This document shows positions 44,971 through 59,329 of a DNA stretch of 64,000 bases, piece by piece. Under the pieces are notes generated by a model. It was not told where the DNA came from and made no database searches. It saw only the letters and a program-made list of their open reading frames with translations. The translations under genes were made by a program, and so were the position numbers. Positions within the stretch are counted from its first letter, which is position 1. Every line of letters begins with the position of its first letter. Origin of the DNA: Eledone cirrhosa (Eukaryota); contig OZ024745.1 in assembly GCA_964016885.1 (NCBI GenBank), forward strand, positions 20,522,001-20,586,000, given 5' to 3'.

Positions 44971-45539
44971 AAGTATGTATGTATGCCGTACTAAGAGTGA
45001 GAAATGAAATTTCGTTTCATTCTATTCCATTTATATATATTGTAATATATATATATATTGTAATATATATATATATTGTAGTACAGTTGGTATAAATATA
45101 TATAACTTGTAGGACGAGTATATATAAGCAGTTACAACGGTGATACATGGACGTATTTAAGGTCCTCCGTTGAGTTGTTTATCCCAACTCATACAACCTG
45201 TCATAATAACAATGGCGTCGATCTGGGGAGAGTTTTGAAAGTATACATACATACTTATCTGTTACTTTCTGATGTCGAGGAATGTGAAATATAGCACACG
45301 TGACATAGAGACATATAGTTGTGTTGAACTTCAGACGAATGTTATACATCCATTTTCTAACAACAAAACAAAATAAAACAAAATAAACAAAACTAAAAAA
45401 ATGCATACAAAAGCATTCATACACCCACCCACACACATACATATCATATACACACACGCAAACACACACAAGCACACACAAACACACGCACAAACACACA
45501 CAAACTCACACACACACACACACACACACATATTTATAT

Positions 45540-45626
45540 ACAATGGGTGTCTCCCCCCCAAAAAAGTGTATACACACATTGATTAGAATGCGGTAGAAGT
45601 GTGTATACATTTTTTGGGAACCACAT
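45540..45626. mobile_element. Tiny Tc1/mariner-like MITE
   Basis: Inverted repeat CCCAAAAAAGTGTATACACAC / GTGTGTATACATTTTTTGGG. Confidence 0.55.
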
Positions 45627-45636
45627 ATATATATAC

Positions 45637-45880
45637 AGAGGAGACTGAGGTTGGCTGGACATGCTCACCGACATCCAGAGTTGACATTGCACTCAGTGCT
45701 CCTTTGGGAGCCCCTACATGGACACACTAGAAGTGGAAGACCAAGGTTAACATATGTTGATGCCCTAAGGACAGACACTGGTCTGTTGGAGATGCAGGAT
45801 ATGGCAGCGATAATGAGGGACAGAGACCGCTGGAGAGAACTCGTCCATGGATCTCGGGAATTTTACCCGCCTTAGATAGA
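45637..45880 (+). mobile_element. RTE-type LINE 3' fragment
   Basis: RRLRLAGHAHRHPEL..VLLWEP.HG..RSGRPRLTYVDAL..DRDRW. Confidence 0.8.
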
Positions 45881-45894
45881 TATATATATATATA

Positions 45895-47055
<1,161 letters not shown>

Positions 47056-47138
47056 ACACATATAAATATATATGAATACATATATATACATGTAAATATA
47101 TACATATATACATATATATATATATACATATATATATA

Positions 47139-47744
47139 TGGTGGTCGCCAACACGTTTTCGAGTACGGCCACTACTTTATATCCATGTAGGAGAAACCCT
47201 ACCGATGCGCTGAACAAGTGTGACGTTTTAGTCCAACCTGCGACATGAAAACTCTGGTACAAACACTACACCTGTGAAATTATTGACACATAGTGCTGGG
47301 CCCATGGTACCATGTGACGACAAGTGCAGAGAGATCTCCAGATATAAAGCAATGCCTGTGCCGTGAAGCTTTTATAGTGAGCAAAGGCACTGCACAAAGC
47401 CAGTCCCACTCTCTTAACCAAGATGATATTTACCAAAAAGAAGAACAAGTCAACATCATTGGATACCATCTGGGTTGCAGGTGTTATATCAGAGTTTTCC
47501 TTCTCCTAGAATTCTGCCTTTACAAAGGCTAAGGGGTCATCTCTCACAGTGATTTTGGATGGCCATTGACTCTTAAGAGCTCCTTTTCCCTTTGACAGGT
47601 TTTGTTTTTAGTCCTGCAGGATGTCCAAAGTCACCCTCCTCACCAAGAAACCTTGGTGGGGTTGCCAGTTTAGTCGCCAACAACCCGACGATGAGACAGG
47701 TTGTACTGGGATACATGTTACCAGTAGCACTAACTGGTGACCTG

Positions 47745-47745
<1 letters not shown>
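47139..47745 (-). mobile_element. Non-autonomous RTE derivative (5' UTR joined to 3' UTR)
   Basis: 47139-47318 matches the RTE 3' UTR at 13757-13937; remainder has RTE 5'-UTR-like motifs (TAAACTGGCAACCCC; CTAGGAGAAGGAAAACTCTGATATA); no ORF. Confidence 0.7.
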
Positions 47746-47788
<43 letters not shown>

Positions 47789-47902
47789 GCATATATATAT
47801 GTATATACATGCATATATACATACACACACACACACACACATATATAAACACACACATATATATATATATATAAATACATATATATACATATAAATATAT
47901 GC

Positions 47903-47933
<31 letters not shown>

Positions 47934-47986
47934 CATGCATATATATATATATATATGTATATACATGCATATATACACACACAAAG

Positions 47987-48017
<31 letters not shown>

Positions 48018-48319
48018 CACATATATATATATTCCTCACAAACACACAGAAATATATAGGGACCGCTGTATACTTTCAATCCATATCGTATTATATCAAT
48101 ACTATGGTTTCATAAAAGAGATTTGCCATCTTCTCCCACAGGCGTGATTTCAACACTCTCCATGTAACACGTAGAGAATCACGTTGCATGTACATATGTA
48201 TATTTGTATATCTGGAGAACTCGCCTTATATTTCTCTCTCTCTCTCTCCCTCTCTCTCTCTCCCTCTCTCTCTCTCCCTCCCCCCTCTCTCTCTCTCTGT
48301 GTCAGTCATATTCTCTCAC

Positions 48320-48365
<46 letters not shown>

Positions 48366-48380
48366 TAAAGAGAGATTCAT

Positions 48381-48413
<33 letters not shown>

Positions 48414-48552
48414 CACATACATATATATATACGTGTGTGTATGTATGTACGCATACATGCACTCGCATAAACATGTGTATTTGTATATAGACATGCCCCA
48501 TACATACATACATACATACATACATACATACATACATACATACATACATACA

Positions 48553-48584
<32 letters not shown>

Positions 48585-49064
48585 CAGGTATGAAGGAACC
48601 ACACTGAATGATTGGTAAAGGTTAGCATCAAGCAAGAAATACGAGTTAAAAGTTGACGTAGTGTTAAATATAAAGCTTTAAATCTTCAATAAATATTGAA
48701 GAAGAAATATTTTGAAACGTAAAATTTCATAGACACCTCTCTAACGTACGTTGAACCCCTCCCCCTCACACACTTTAAACCCTATTCAATGATAACTAAG
48801 ACAATCAATTGCTTTAACTTGAATATAAATATGTTTAAATGAAAGCCAACAACGAACCCAAGGACACGTAAACAAGACATCTACACTGAACCTCAAACAC
48901 CAGAACAATGACGGTCAAAGAGAAGCTAACTCACACCCCTTATTTTAAATATGTCTCCGCCCCTTGATAAACCAGCCACCAACCGCAGATATTACTGGTA
49001 TGTAACTGATGAACGCTGTCAGGTTTATATTAACATTTTAACATTTGCAAATACATGTTTACCC

Positions 49065-49292
<228 letters not shown>

Positions 49293-50674
49293 TAAGTTGT
49301 TAAACAATATTCGAATATTATGTCAAAGAATGAGTTTTACAGTAGATTGGAAGTACTCAACGGTAAAAAAAAATTTTTCAGGAGTTATTAATATTAAAAT
49401 ATAAGCATTAATAAAATAGATGTTCTTTTGATCAATTACATTTTATTATGCATATTTCGGATGTACAACAGTACGTCCTCATCAGACAAAATATAATGAT
49501 ACATGACATACCCGGAGATGTTAAATGGTTAAGATTTAATCAAGGTAGTGATTACCCGATAGAAAATGTTACTTATATAATATGTGTGAGAGTGCGAAAA
49601 CGTAATGAATTCATTAGAGAGTGTGTGAGTAAGAAAAAACGTTGCATACTTAAAATGTTCTAAAATTTTAAATTGTATAATACTACAATATTTCTAGGGA
49701 AACGTCTCATGAATCATAACAGGCAGTGATAGCCACTGGAAAAAGATTTATAAGGAGGGAAAGATAGAGTGTGGGTTTTTTTTTCGAAAGATTTAATTAA
49801 GTGAATTATTCTCTAATTGCCTCCATAAAGCTATGTCCACTTTTTTAGCCTCACATAAAACGAGAAAGAAAGAACCAATAACAACTCGGTTACCAGGAAT
49901 ATATAATCAACAGTAAAAAACATCAATGGCCTTTAATATTGCTTTATTTTATAAATATCTATAGAAAAATCAACGTTAGAATGAATGACAATATTTCAAT
50001 TAGCATGCCTAAACATTGATACACACAACTTTATTTGTTAACTTTGATCAACACCATCATTTATCTATAATTTAGTACAATACCTAATCCTTACACATCT
50101 ATTGAATTTATTTAACTGTGAATTGTTAATACATTTGTAATCTCTTTTAAATTTTAGTTTTAATACCCAATCTAAAAATGTTTATGAAACTTATCTTTAA
50201 TTCCAAATGTTTAATGACTTCTGGATCTATTATTTATAGTATAATATAGCATATATTTCTTTTAAATATACTTACTGTACTATAAAATCTAAATTTGAGA
50301 CGGATTCAAACTTATATATAAATGTAAATTTTTCGCTCTACTTTCGATCTCTTATTTATTTATAATATAATGTTTTATAATATATATGTAGTTATATATT
50401 GTATTTTATATATTTTTAAATATTTTTAAATATTTTTAAATATACCTACCATACTTCTATATACATGATTCAAATTTAGAGAAAATATCCAAACTAAAAA
50501 TTATTATAGACATTATTTTGAACTTTATACATGCACTCATTGTTCGTTTTTCTCATATGTATATATATATTTAAATGTAACACGATGTTAAGAGTATAAC
50601 TGTTATCATTTACCTAAAGTATACTACATTAATAATACCTAATATATATCTCTATATATATACATCCCTATATC

Positions 50675-50865
50675 TAATAATTGTTTCTACTTTTGGCACA
50701 AGGCCATCAAATACCCAGTACATTACTGGTACTTTATTTTATCGACCCCGTAAGGATGAAAGGCAAAGTTAACCTCGGTGGGATTTGAACTCAGACCGCA
50801 AAGGGACGTAACTATGCTGGAAAGCATGGCGTCCAACCCTCTACCGATACTGCCAATCCGTCTAA
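50675..50865 (-). mobile_element. tRNA-derived SINE (OK/OR-like)
   Basis: Reverse complement of the 43364 consensus. Confidence 0.85.
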
Positions 50866-51613
50866 TAATATGTTGATATCTTGGTTGAAGATTAATTAGT
50901 GCATTTACACCCAATTATACCTATGTATAAATTTTATCCGTAACATATTTTATTTTATTTTTATCTTCGTCGGTATTATTTACCTTATACATACTGACTC
51001 ATTAATATATACCTATATACATAATAGTTATTCAAATATTTATAACAATAAGTACTTCAAAAGCTTTACATACCTAATATGTTGAGATATTTGTTAAAGT
51101 TTAGATTTAGGTAATTAATCAACAGTATAATATTTCATTCTTTACGTGCCAGCTAAATCCTTTAAAATGTTATTCTCATATTTCAGAAGTTTAGAAATGA
51201 TAACACACTTATCGAATTTATATAAATAATATATAAATAAATAGCAAATACTCCTGAACTCTGGAGTCTTCACATTAATATTATAAATTAAATATTTTCA
51301 AATCTAACCGTTTAACTTTAACTAAAAAAAAACCCCACACTTTATCTTTCCTTCCTTATAGATCTTTTTCCAGTGGGTATCACTGGCTGTATAAATCATG
51401 ATACGTCTCCCTAGATATAGTATCATACAATTTAAAATTTTAGAACACTTTAAGTATGCAACGTTTTTTTCTTACTCACACACTCTCTAATGAATTCATT
51501 ACGTTTTCGCACTCTCACAGAGATATTATATAAGTAAAATTTTCTATCGGGTAATCACTACCTTGATTAAATCTTAACCATTTAACATCTCAGGCTATGT
51601 CATGTATCATTAT

Positions 51614-51666
51614 ATTTTGTCTGATGAGAACGTACTGTTGTACATCCGAAATATGTATAATAAAAT
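51614..51666 (+). ncRNA. Type I hammerhead (mirror 49440-49492)
   Basis: attttgt-CTGATGA-g(a/g)acgtac(tgtt)gtacatcc-GAAA-tatg(t/c)a-TA-ataaaat. Confidence 0.75.
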
Positions 51667-51923
51667 GTAATTGATCAAAAGAACATCTATTTTATTAATA
51701 CTTATATTTTAATTTTAATATATATATATATATATATATAGTTAGAGAAGCAAAAAATTGCTTATTGTGATCCAGTTTTTGGTTAAGAAAGCCAGTTTCA
51801 TGGATGGTTTCAACGTACGGTTAGGGGTAACTCCACAAGTTTGTAAGAATTCCGTTCAATCTTGGAGTATAAAGTATAAAAGAGAAAACACAGGTAAGCA
51901 TTAAGAGAAGGATTTAATCCAGG

Positions 51924-52025
51924 TATTTACGACCGTTTCATTGGTAAGTGCAACCTTATATTGCTATACTGCAAATAGCAGCCACTCAATTATAATTGTT
52001 GTTCACAGTCCAAATTTTCAAAATA
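51924..52025 (-). ncRNA. Type I hammerhead, U3-A8 variant with long stem II insertion
   Basis: tatt-TTGAAAA-t.ttgg..ccaa.t-GAAA-cggtcg-TA-aata; GUA triplet. Confidence 0.62.
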
Positions 52026-52342
52026 GTGAGTTACTCTTGAAATAATTCTTAATATATAGAGAAAAACATTTATTTGGAATTGTATTTACTAGTATATAGA
52101 GAGAGGAATCAGGAGGTGAGGGGACAGACGGCACAGTATAGAGAGAGAGGAAGGGGAAGAGGTAGGAAGTAGAATGACAAACTGAGGTGGAGGTAGGGGT
52201 AGAGGTGGAAGGATTCTTTGGTCAGTTTTTATAGCAGACATCATGTCGTGGAGTGTAGTGAGTTAAAGAGAATTAAATAGATAATAGTGGGAGTGATGGA
52301 TAGAGAGGGAGAGAGAGAGAGGGGGGGGGGGAGATATACGAG

Positions 52343-52379
<37 letters not shown>

Positions 52380-52448
52380 TATATACACATATATATATAC
52401 ATACACATACACATATATATATATATATATATATACATACATACATAT

Positions 52449-52513
<65 letters not shown>

Positions 52514-52523
52514 AACCAGTAAG

Positions 52524-52617
52524 ACCCCGACAGCTGAGCTCAAGCCGTTTCGACGGCTAATTCTGGACTAAATGAAAATTTATCCTGGTATTTAAATAGC
52601 CGATCTTCTCAAGGGGT
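52524..52617 (-). ncRNA. Hammerhead copy in the inverted pLTR
   Basis: Reverse complement of 52696-52789. Confidence 0.78.
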
Positions 52618-52695
52618 AATTCCATCTCCCCTACTAATTTGCAACCACAGAATTACTACTGATTTTTGACAATCACTTTGACCATATATGGAATT

Positions 52696-52789
52696 ACCCC
52701 TTGAGAAGATCGGCTATTTAAATACCAGGATAAATTTTCATTTAGTCCAGAATTAGCCGTCGAAACGGCTTGAGCTCAGCTGTCGGGGT
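52696..52789 (+). ncRNA. Type I hammerhead, U3-A8 variant with extended stem II (5' pLTR)
   Basis: acccc-TTGAGAA-ga(t)cggcta..tagccgtc-GAAA-cggct(tgagctc)agctg-TC-ggggt; GUC triplet at 52782-52784. Confidence 0.82.
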
Positions 52790-52974
52790 CTTACTGGTTC
52801 CTATTACCCACTCTACTACCTCAAGTATTGAGTACTTTGGTGCGTTATGGTCCACCTGGTTCCTTACCACATTTCCTTCGTTATCTAGCTCCTACTCCCG
52901 TAGTAGAGCACTTTCCGACCCTACCACGCCGTATCCAGACGTTTCCGCTAAGCTCAATTCATTTCACCCGTACC

Positions 52975-55134
52975 ATGCGAAAACACAACATTGACTTCTC
53001 TACCAAGAACATCCCTATCCCACCGAAAAAACTTTACCTTCAGATGCTCACGCAAAAAATCGATCTATTTGCGAAAAGACTTAGATGGAGAACTTTTTTC
53101 TATCACAGATATTGCGACAACCAAGACTTCGGCACCAAGGAGAGATTCGGATTTATTACCTACAAATCTCCGCCCCTGAACCCCTTGCTCGCACCCTTCG
53201 AGAATGACCTCTTCCAACTGGTCAAGAACATTAAATTTAAACCCAGACACAACCGATTCCTACAAAAACTCCGTAGCAACTTAACAGAGTATTATAACAC
53301 AAATGACATCATGGTGTATTCGGATAAAACTGGGAACCTATACTTTGTCAATCCTGATAGATACCACACACTCATCAGGAGCTGCCTAAACTCCACCTAT
53401 AAAAAGGCCAACCACTCTTGCATCGAGGACATAAATCGAGATGGACAACAAATCACCTCCAGCCTCGGGGTCGCCGACCGCACGGAACCTCTAGACCCAC
53501 GGACACCATACTTCACACTGAAGGACCATAAATCCGATTTTGACCGTAAACCCTCTATCAGGCTTATTAACCCAACGAAGTCCGACATAGGGAGAATCAG
53601 CAAAAAAATCCTAGACCGCGTGATACCAAAAGTCAAGCAACACACCCGACTTAGCCTATGGATCAACACCCAGGAAGTAATCTCCTGGTTCAGCAATATG
53701 GAGGATAAACGAGAAACTAAATTCATACAGTTCGACATAGAGAGCTACTATGCTTCAATCACCTTACCGCTACTTACTGCCGCCTTGGACTTCGCCGAAA
53801 CACTTGTGCCCATCACCGACCAGGAAAGAAAAATCATCCTCCACGCCAGGAAGACAGTCTTACTCTTTGACGACTCTAAATGGATAAAAAGAGCTCCCGA
53901 CTCACCCTTCGACGTCAGCATGGGCGCCACGGATTCGGCGGAGGTCACAGATCTTATAGGATTATTCCTAATAGCCAAACTCACTGATATGTTTCCTGCA
54001 TTCGGTGGTGGATTGTACCGTGATGATGGGCTCCTTACCCTTAAAGGGTACAACCCCAGTAGTACAGATCGGGTCCGGAAACAATTAATCAGATTCTTCC
54101 GCGACTGGGGATTTAAAATAACCCTACAAACGTCCCTGACCAGAGTAAACTTCCTGGACGTGACCCTCGACCTCGAAAACGACCTGTACTACCCATACAG
54201 GAAACCTAATGACAATCTGCACTACATCCACCGCCGATCAAACCATCCTAGGAACATCACAAACAACCTGGTCAAAAACATCTCCCTCCGCATATCCCGT
54301 TTGTCAGCTAATGAGCGGATATTCGATGAACATGCGCCTTATTACAACCAGGCCCTCAAGCGGAGTGGTTTCCGGGAGGAAATATCCTACTGTCCAGCTC
54401 CCATTAGCGGAACCAGCAGGAGACACCGCCGCTCACGCAATGTAACATGGTTCAATCCTCCCCACAACGCAGAGGTGACAACTCCCATCGGGAAACTATT
54501 CTTTAGGCTCATTGAAAAACACTTCCCATTACAACACCGCTACCACAACATAATTAACAAAAATACCATCAAACTCTCTTACAGCACTACACCAAACTTC
54601 GCACAAAACATCGTCTCCTCTAACAACAAAAAACTCAACCCCGATGGCAGAAATAACCTAAATAGCAGTGGAGAACCGACCAGGAGGTGTAACTGCCCGG
54701 ATAGATCTATTTGCCCACTCGACAATAGATGCAGAGACCGTAATGTGATCTACCAGTGCAACGTGAGGACGGATACCTCCAACAAAGCCTATATAGGACT
54801 TACCGCATGTGACTTCAAGACCCGGCTATACCAACATAGACATACCTTCCGAAACCCGGCCCGGCGTCACGCCACTACACTTTCGGGCCACATATGGGAC
54901 CTCAAGGACAATAACATCACCTATGATCTCACTTGGAGATTACTGTCCAGAGCCAATTCTTACACGGGAGGACGCCGTCCGTGCAATTTATGCTCGGAGG
55001 AAACTTTACAAATGCTGTTTTCGACGGACCAACTCCTAAACAAGAAAGATGAACTGGTTACTGCATGTAAACATAGATTGCGTAGGACTTACCTCGCCCT
55101 CAAACCCCATAATGACCCCGGGGGGGGGGGGTAG
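52975..55134 (+). CDS. PLE reverse transcriptase + GIY-YIG endonuclease polyprotein (719 aa from ACCATG)
   Basis: NIDFSTKNIPIP, DKTGN, FTLKDHK..IRLINP, QFDIESYYASI, DVSMGATDSAEVTDLIG, LYRDDG, NFLDV, SNHP, CNCPDRSICPLDNRC, VIYQC..YIG..R..H, CNLC..C.H; no stops. Confidence 0.95.
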   Translation: MRKHNIDFSTKNIPIPPKKLYLQMLTQKIDLFAKRLRWRTFFYHRYCDNQDFGTKERFGFITYKSPPLNPLLAPFENDLFQLVKNIKFKPRHNRFLQKLRSNLTEYYNTNDIMVYSDKTGNLYFVNPDRYHTLIRSCLNSTYKKANHSCIEDINRDGQQITSSLGVADRTEPLDPRTPYFTLKDHKSDFDRKPSIRLINPTKSDIGRISKKILDRVIPKVKQHTRLSLWINTQEVISWFSNMEDKRETKFIQFDIESYYASITLPLLTAALDFAETLVPITDQERKIILHARKTVLLFDDSKWIKRAPDSPFDVSMGATDSAEVTDLIGLFLIAKLTDMFPAFGGGLYRDDGLLTLKGYNPSSTDRVRKQLIRFFRDWGFKITLQTSLTRVNFLDVTLDLENDLYYPYRKPNDNLHYIHRRSNHPRNITNNLVKNISLRISRLSANERIFDEHAPYYNQALKRSGFREEISYCPAPISGTSRRHRRSRNVTWFNPPHNAEVTTPIGKLFFRLIEKHFPLQHRYHNIINKNTIKLSYSTTPNFAQNIVSSNNKKLNPDGRNNLNSSGEPTRRCNCPDRSICPLDNRCRDRNVIYQCNVRTDTSNKAYIGLTACDFKTRLYQHRHTFRNPARRHATTLSGHIWDLKDNNITYDLTWRLLSRANSYTGGRRPCNLCSEETLQMLFSTDQLLNKKDELVTACKHRLRRTYLALKPHNDPGGGG

Positions 55135-56253
55135 ACTAGGGCTATAACACCCCACTTGCCGATTTTGCAATGGGTAACCCCTGCTTGCCAAGGGAGACGT
55201 AAGATCTTCTTTGTATTCCTTTATCGCTTCCTTTATTTCCTTCCTTCCCCCTCTCTCCTTAGTCCTTCTACCCCAGCTCTTCTCCTTTGTCGGCGTCTTT
55301 TCTCGCCCACCCGAGGCTGCCCTTTGGCCCCTTGTAGCCTTAGTACCCCCACCCCCTCCCCTAGTCTAGGATAGATTTGGCGGACTCCGCCCTTTATAGC
55401 AGTTGGTTTAGACCCCGGATACTTGTCCCCTTTTTCCGACCGCTCCCACTACTCTCTGTGCCCTCTATATTTCTTAGTGGCACTTATGCCTTATTTTTTC
55501 GTTTCAGTATTTCTTTCTTCGCTTTTCTTTTGGGCGGGGTGGATTCTGAATTTATTCTTCCGTATTCTACTTTTACTTCGTACGAACTTTCATGTAGCTT
55601 GTTTTAGATCTTTTAGAGTTAGCATTAGTATATATTTTTCTCGGGACTCAGAATTATTATCTCGTATTAGTTCACTTTGCTGCACTGGGTGGTTGCCGGA
55701 ATTGTGCCCGGGATGGAAACCTTTATTGTTTATTTCGTGGTAGTCTCTTTAGTATTTTGGCCCCTTTTGTTGACCCGTCACCGTATCATTTACGTACTTA
55801 TACCTCTTAAAAGGGTCCTCGCCTATTCCGTCCCACCTAGTTCTTTTACTTATTTCGTTATTTCTTTATTTCTTTCTTTACTTCTTTCTTTCTTTATTTA
55901 TTTTTTCTAGACTAACAATAGCTAGAGACCTAGGTCGTAGAATTTAATTTACTTTACTTTTTTCTTTACACTCATTTGTTTTTCTTTACACTTATTTGCT
56001 TTTCTTCACTCTCAGTATTATTTCTACCCCCCATTGTTCTACCTACCGTTCCAACTTCCTCCCCCTCCCCCTCCCCTGTATCTTCTTTGACCTCATGCCC
56101 AGCTGTAGCTGGCACTACAAACGCTTGATTGGGGCTACTCCACCCCCTCCCCTCTTTCTCCTACTGGCAGGTTTAGCCACCATCTCCCCTACTAATTTGC
56201 AACCACAGAATTACTACTGATTTTTGACAATCACTTTGACCATATATGGAATT

Positions 56254-56347
56254 ACCCCTTGAGAAGATCGGCTATTTAAATACCAGGATAAATTTTCATT
56301 TAGTCCAGAATTAGCCGTCGAAACGGCTTGAGCTCAGCTGTCGGGGT
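56254..56347 (+). ncRNA. Hammerhead copy in the 3' pLTR
   Basis: Same sequence as 52696-52789, offset 3558 nt. Confidence 0.82.
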
Positions 56348-56438
56348 TTTACTGGTTCCTTTTACCCACTCTACTACCTCAAGTATTGAGTACTTTGGTG
56401 CGTTATGGTCCACCTGGTTCCTTACCACATTTCCTTCG

Positions 56439-56492
<54 letters not shown>

Positions 56493-56714
56493 AAATAAAG
56501 ATAATAATGACAAAAATAAAAGCAAAGAAGGGGGTGAGAAGGAAGAAAAGAAAAGATAGCCAAGAAAGGGGAAGGAAGGAAGAAAACGAAGAAATAGAAG
56601 AGGAATGAGGGAGAAGGGGAGATATATGTATTGGTTTTGTGGGTAATTAAAGGGTCTAGATATAAGAGGGTATAAAGTCTAAGTATATGCAGTTTGTCAG
56701 TTGGTAGTAAGAGG

Positions 56715-56987
56715 TTAAGGGTTCGATTTGTAGTGCGAAAATTTCTCTTTGAGTCTATGGTTCCAATAAATTGATCTCTCAATTTTATTGTTGAGTAACC
56801 TATTCTTCGAACTTAAGATGTGGAACAGCTCAAGGTCGCATAATCAACAGCTTCTCATACCACTCCGATATGGGGGCGCGTTCGATAATTTTTTCCACTT
56901 CAGGGTGTATTGATGGTTACTTTCTCTCAGTTGCCAGGTCTTGTTTGCAAGGGTAGTTACATAACGGTGCTGGGAATGTTTCATTGC
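56715..56987 (-). pseudogene. PLE GIY-YIG C-terminal remnant (not in the ORF track)
   Basis: Manual translation AMKHSQHRYVTTLANKTWQLRESNHQYTLKWKKLSNAPPYRSGMRSC*LCDLELFHILSSKNRLLNNKIERSIYWNHRL aligns by eye with the end of the 52975 ORF. Confidence 0.85.
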
Positions 56988-57102
56988 GTATAGCAATATA
57001 AGGTTGCACTTACCAATGAAACGGTCGTAAATACCTGGATTAAATCCTTCTCTTAATGCTTACCTGTGTTTTCTCTTTTATATATATATATATATATATA
57101 TA

Positions 57103-57565
<463 letters not shown>

Positions 57566-57637
57566 AGAACTCAGGGTAGGCTGTTACGATTCGAACACAT
57601 GTATGTTTATATTAGTGTTCATCTCTCTTGTTTATTC

Positions 57638-57721
<84 letters not shown>

Positions 57722-57963
57722 CACCGATACGGTATTCATTAAATTAAAATTTCGAACAAAGTTACGATCATATGTTTAATAAATATATATTTTCACCTCG
57801 CTGTGAAAATCTCCCTTTTGGTTGAACGAGGGGCGCTTTCTTGAATGACAGGGAGAAATTTCGATTCACTTTCAGTATTCGTAAAGGCCACCACTAGGAT
57901 TCGATTCTTTCCTCTGTCTGTTGATATATATATATAGTGTGTTGTTATTCCTGTTTACCTTTT

Positions 57964-58078
<115 letters not shown>

Positions 58079-58086
58079 TATGTATG

Positions 58087-58126
<40 letters not shown>

Positions 58127-58239
58127 AAGAGTGAGAGAGAGAAATTTAAATATGTTCAGCATTCGAAAATCTGACATGTTTATTGTAGTAATACCTCACA
58201 CATAACACACATCAATCCCTGACCCCACACAGATATATA

Positions 58240-59000
58240 CACGTAGGCAGGTACACACGCAGGCAGGTACCCACGCAGGCAGGTACACACGTAGGCAGGT
58301 ACCCACGCAGGCAGGTACACACGCAGGCAGGTACACACGCAGGCAGGTACACACGTAGGCAGGTACACACGCAGGCAGGTACACACGTAGGCAGGTATAC
58401 ACGCTGACAGGTACACACGTAGGCAGGTACACACGTAGGCAGGTACACACGTAGGCAGGTACACACGCAGGCAGGTACACACGCAGGCAGGTACACACGT
58501 AGGCAGGTACACACGCAGGCAGGTACACACGTAGGCAGGTACACACGTAGGCAGGTACACACGTAGGCAGGTACACATGTAGGCAGGTACACATGTAGGC
58601 AGGTACACACGTAGGCAGGTACATACGTAGGCAGGTACACACGTAGGCAGGTATACACGCTGACAGGTACACACGTAGGCAGGTACACACGTAGGCAGGT
58701 ACACACGTAGGCAGGTATACACGCTGACAGGTACCCACGCAGGCAGGTACACACGTAGGCAGGTACATACGTAGGCAGGTACACACGTAGGCAGGTATAC
58801 ACGCTGACAGGTACCCACGCAGGCAGGTACACACGTAGGCAGGTACACATGTAGGCAGGTACACACGTAGGCAGGTACACATGTAGGCAGGTACACACGT
58901 AGGCAGGTACACACGTAGGCAGGTACACATGTAGGCAGGTACACACGTAGGCAGGTACACATGTAGGCAGGTACACATGCTGATAGGTAGACACGCTGAC
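58240..59000. repeat. 16-bp minisatellite (GTAGGCAGGTACACAC)n
   Basis: About 47 tandem units with recurring variants. Confidence 0.95.
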
Positions 59001-59329
59001 ACATTCGAGCAGAGAAACATGAAGAAACACATACAAATTGTTGCTTATAAAGCTCATTATTATACAATCCAGTGGTTGTAGGAAGGAATTTCCAAAGTCA
59101 TCTGTCTAATCAAATCTTTCTCAATCTAATATAGTTTATTGTTATTGTTGCTAGTGTTGTCATTGCAAAGAAGATATCGGGAAACAAAACACAGAACAGA
59201 AAAAAGCAAATGAGAAATATATAAAATAAAAACAGACCAAAGTCAGCAGTACTGTAGACACAGTAAAAACACAAACAAATAAATATATTAAATTAATAAT
59301 CTATGAAAGGACCAACGACTGTAACTCAA

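Larger units (their letters stand above)
52511..56440 (+). mobile_element. Full-length, apparently intact Naiad-type Penelope-like retrotransposon
   Basis: Inverted partial pLTR 52511-52625; direct pLTRs 52622-52882 and 56180-56440 (2 mismatches seen); single intact ORF; (TA)n on both sides. Confidence 0.95.
51741..57082 (-). mobile_element. Host Naiad-type PLE remnant split by the younger full-length element
   Basis: ORF C-terminus 56715-56987 (-); 3' UTR pieces 56485-56714 and about 52030-52335; ribozyme 51924-52025; tail 51741-51874; inverted arm 56988-57082 mirrors 51875-51969. Confidence 0.75.

Noticed and set aside
52828-52974. N-terminal extension of the PLE ORF from a TTG start
   Set aside because: It overlaps the pLTR tail hairpin; PLE-like protein motifs begin right after the ACCATG at 52975
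56844-56846. In-frame TGA in a PLE zinc motif (C*LC) as possible selenocysteine, since some Naiad elements encode selenoproteins
   Set aside because: The TGA falls at the variable position (N or G in the other copies), both Cys codons are intact, CGA-to-TGA decay explains it, and the two long PLE ORFs have no internal TGA
58240-59000. Regular short repeats resembling a CRISPR array, or a Cys-rich protein on the minus strand
   Set aside because: Head-to-tail 16-bp units with no unique spacers, eukaryotic context, and unit length not a multiple of 3
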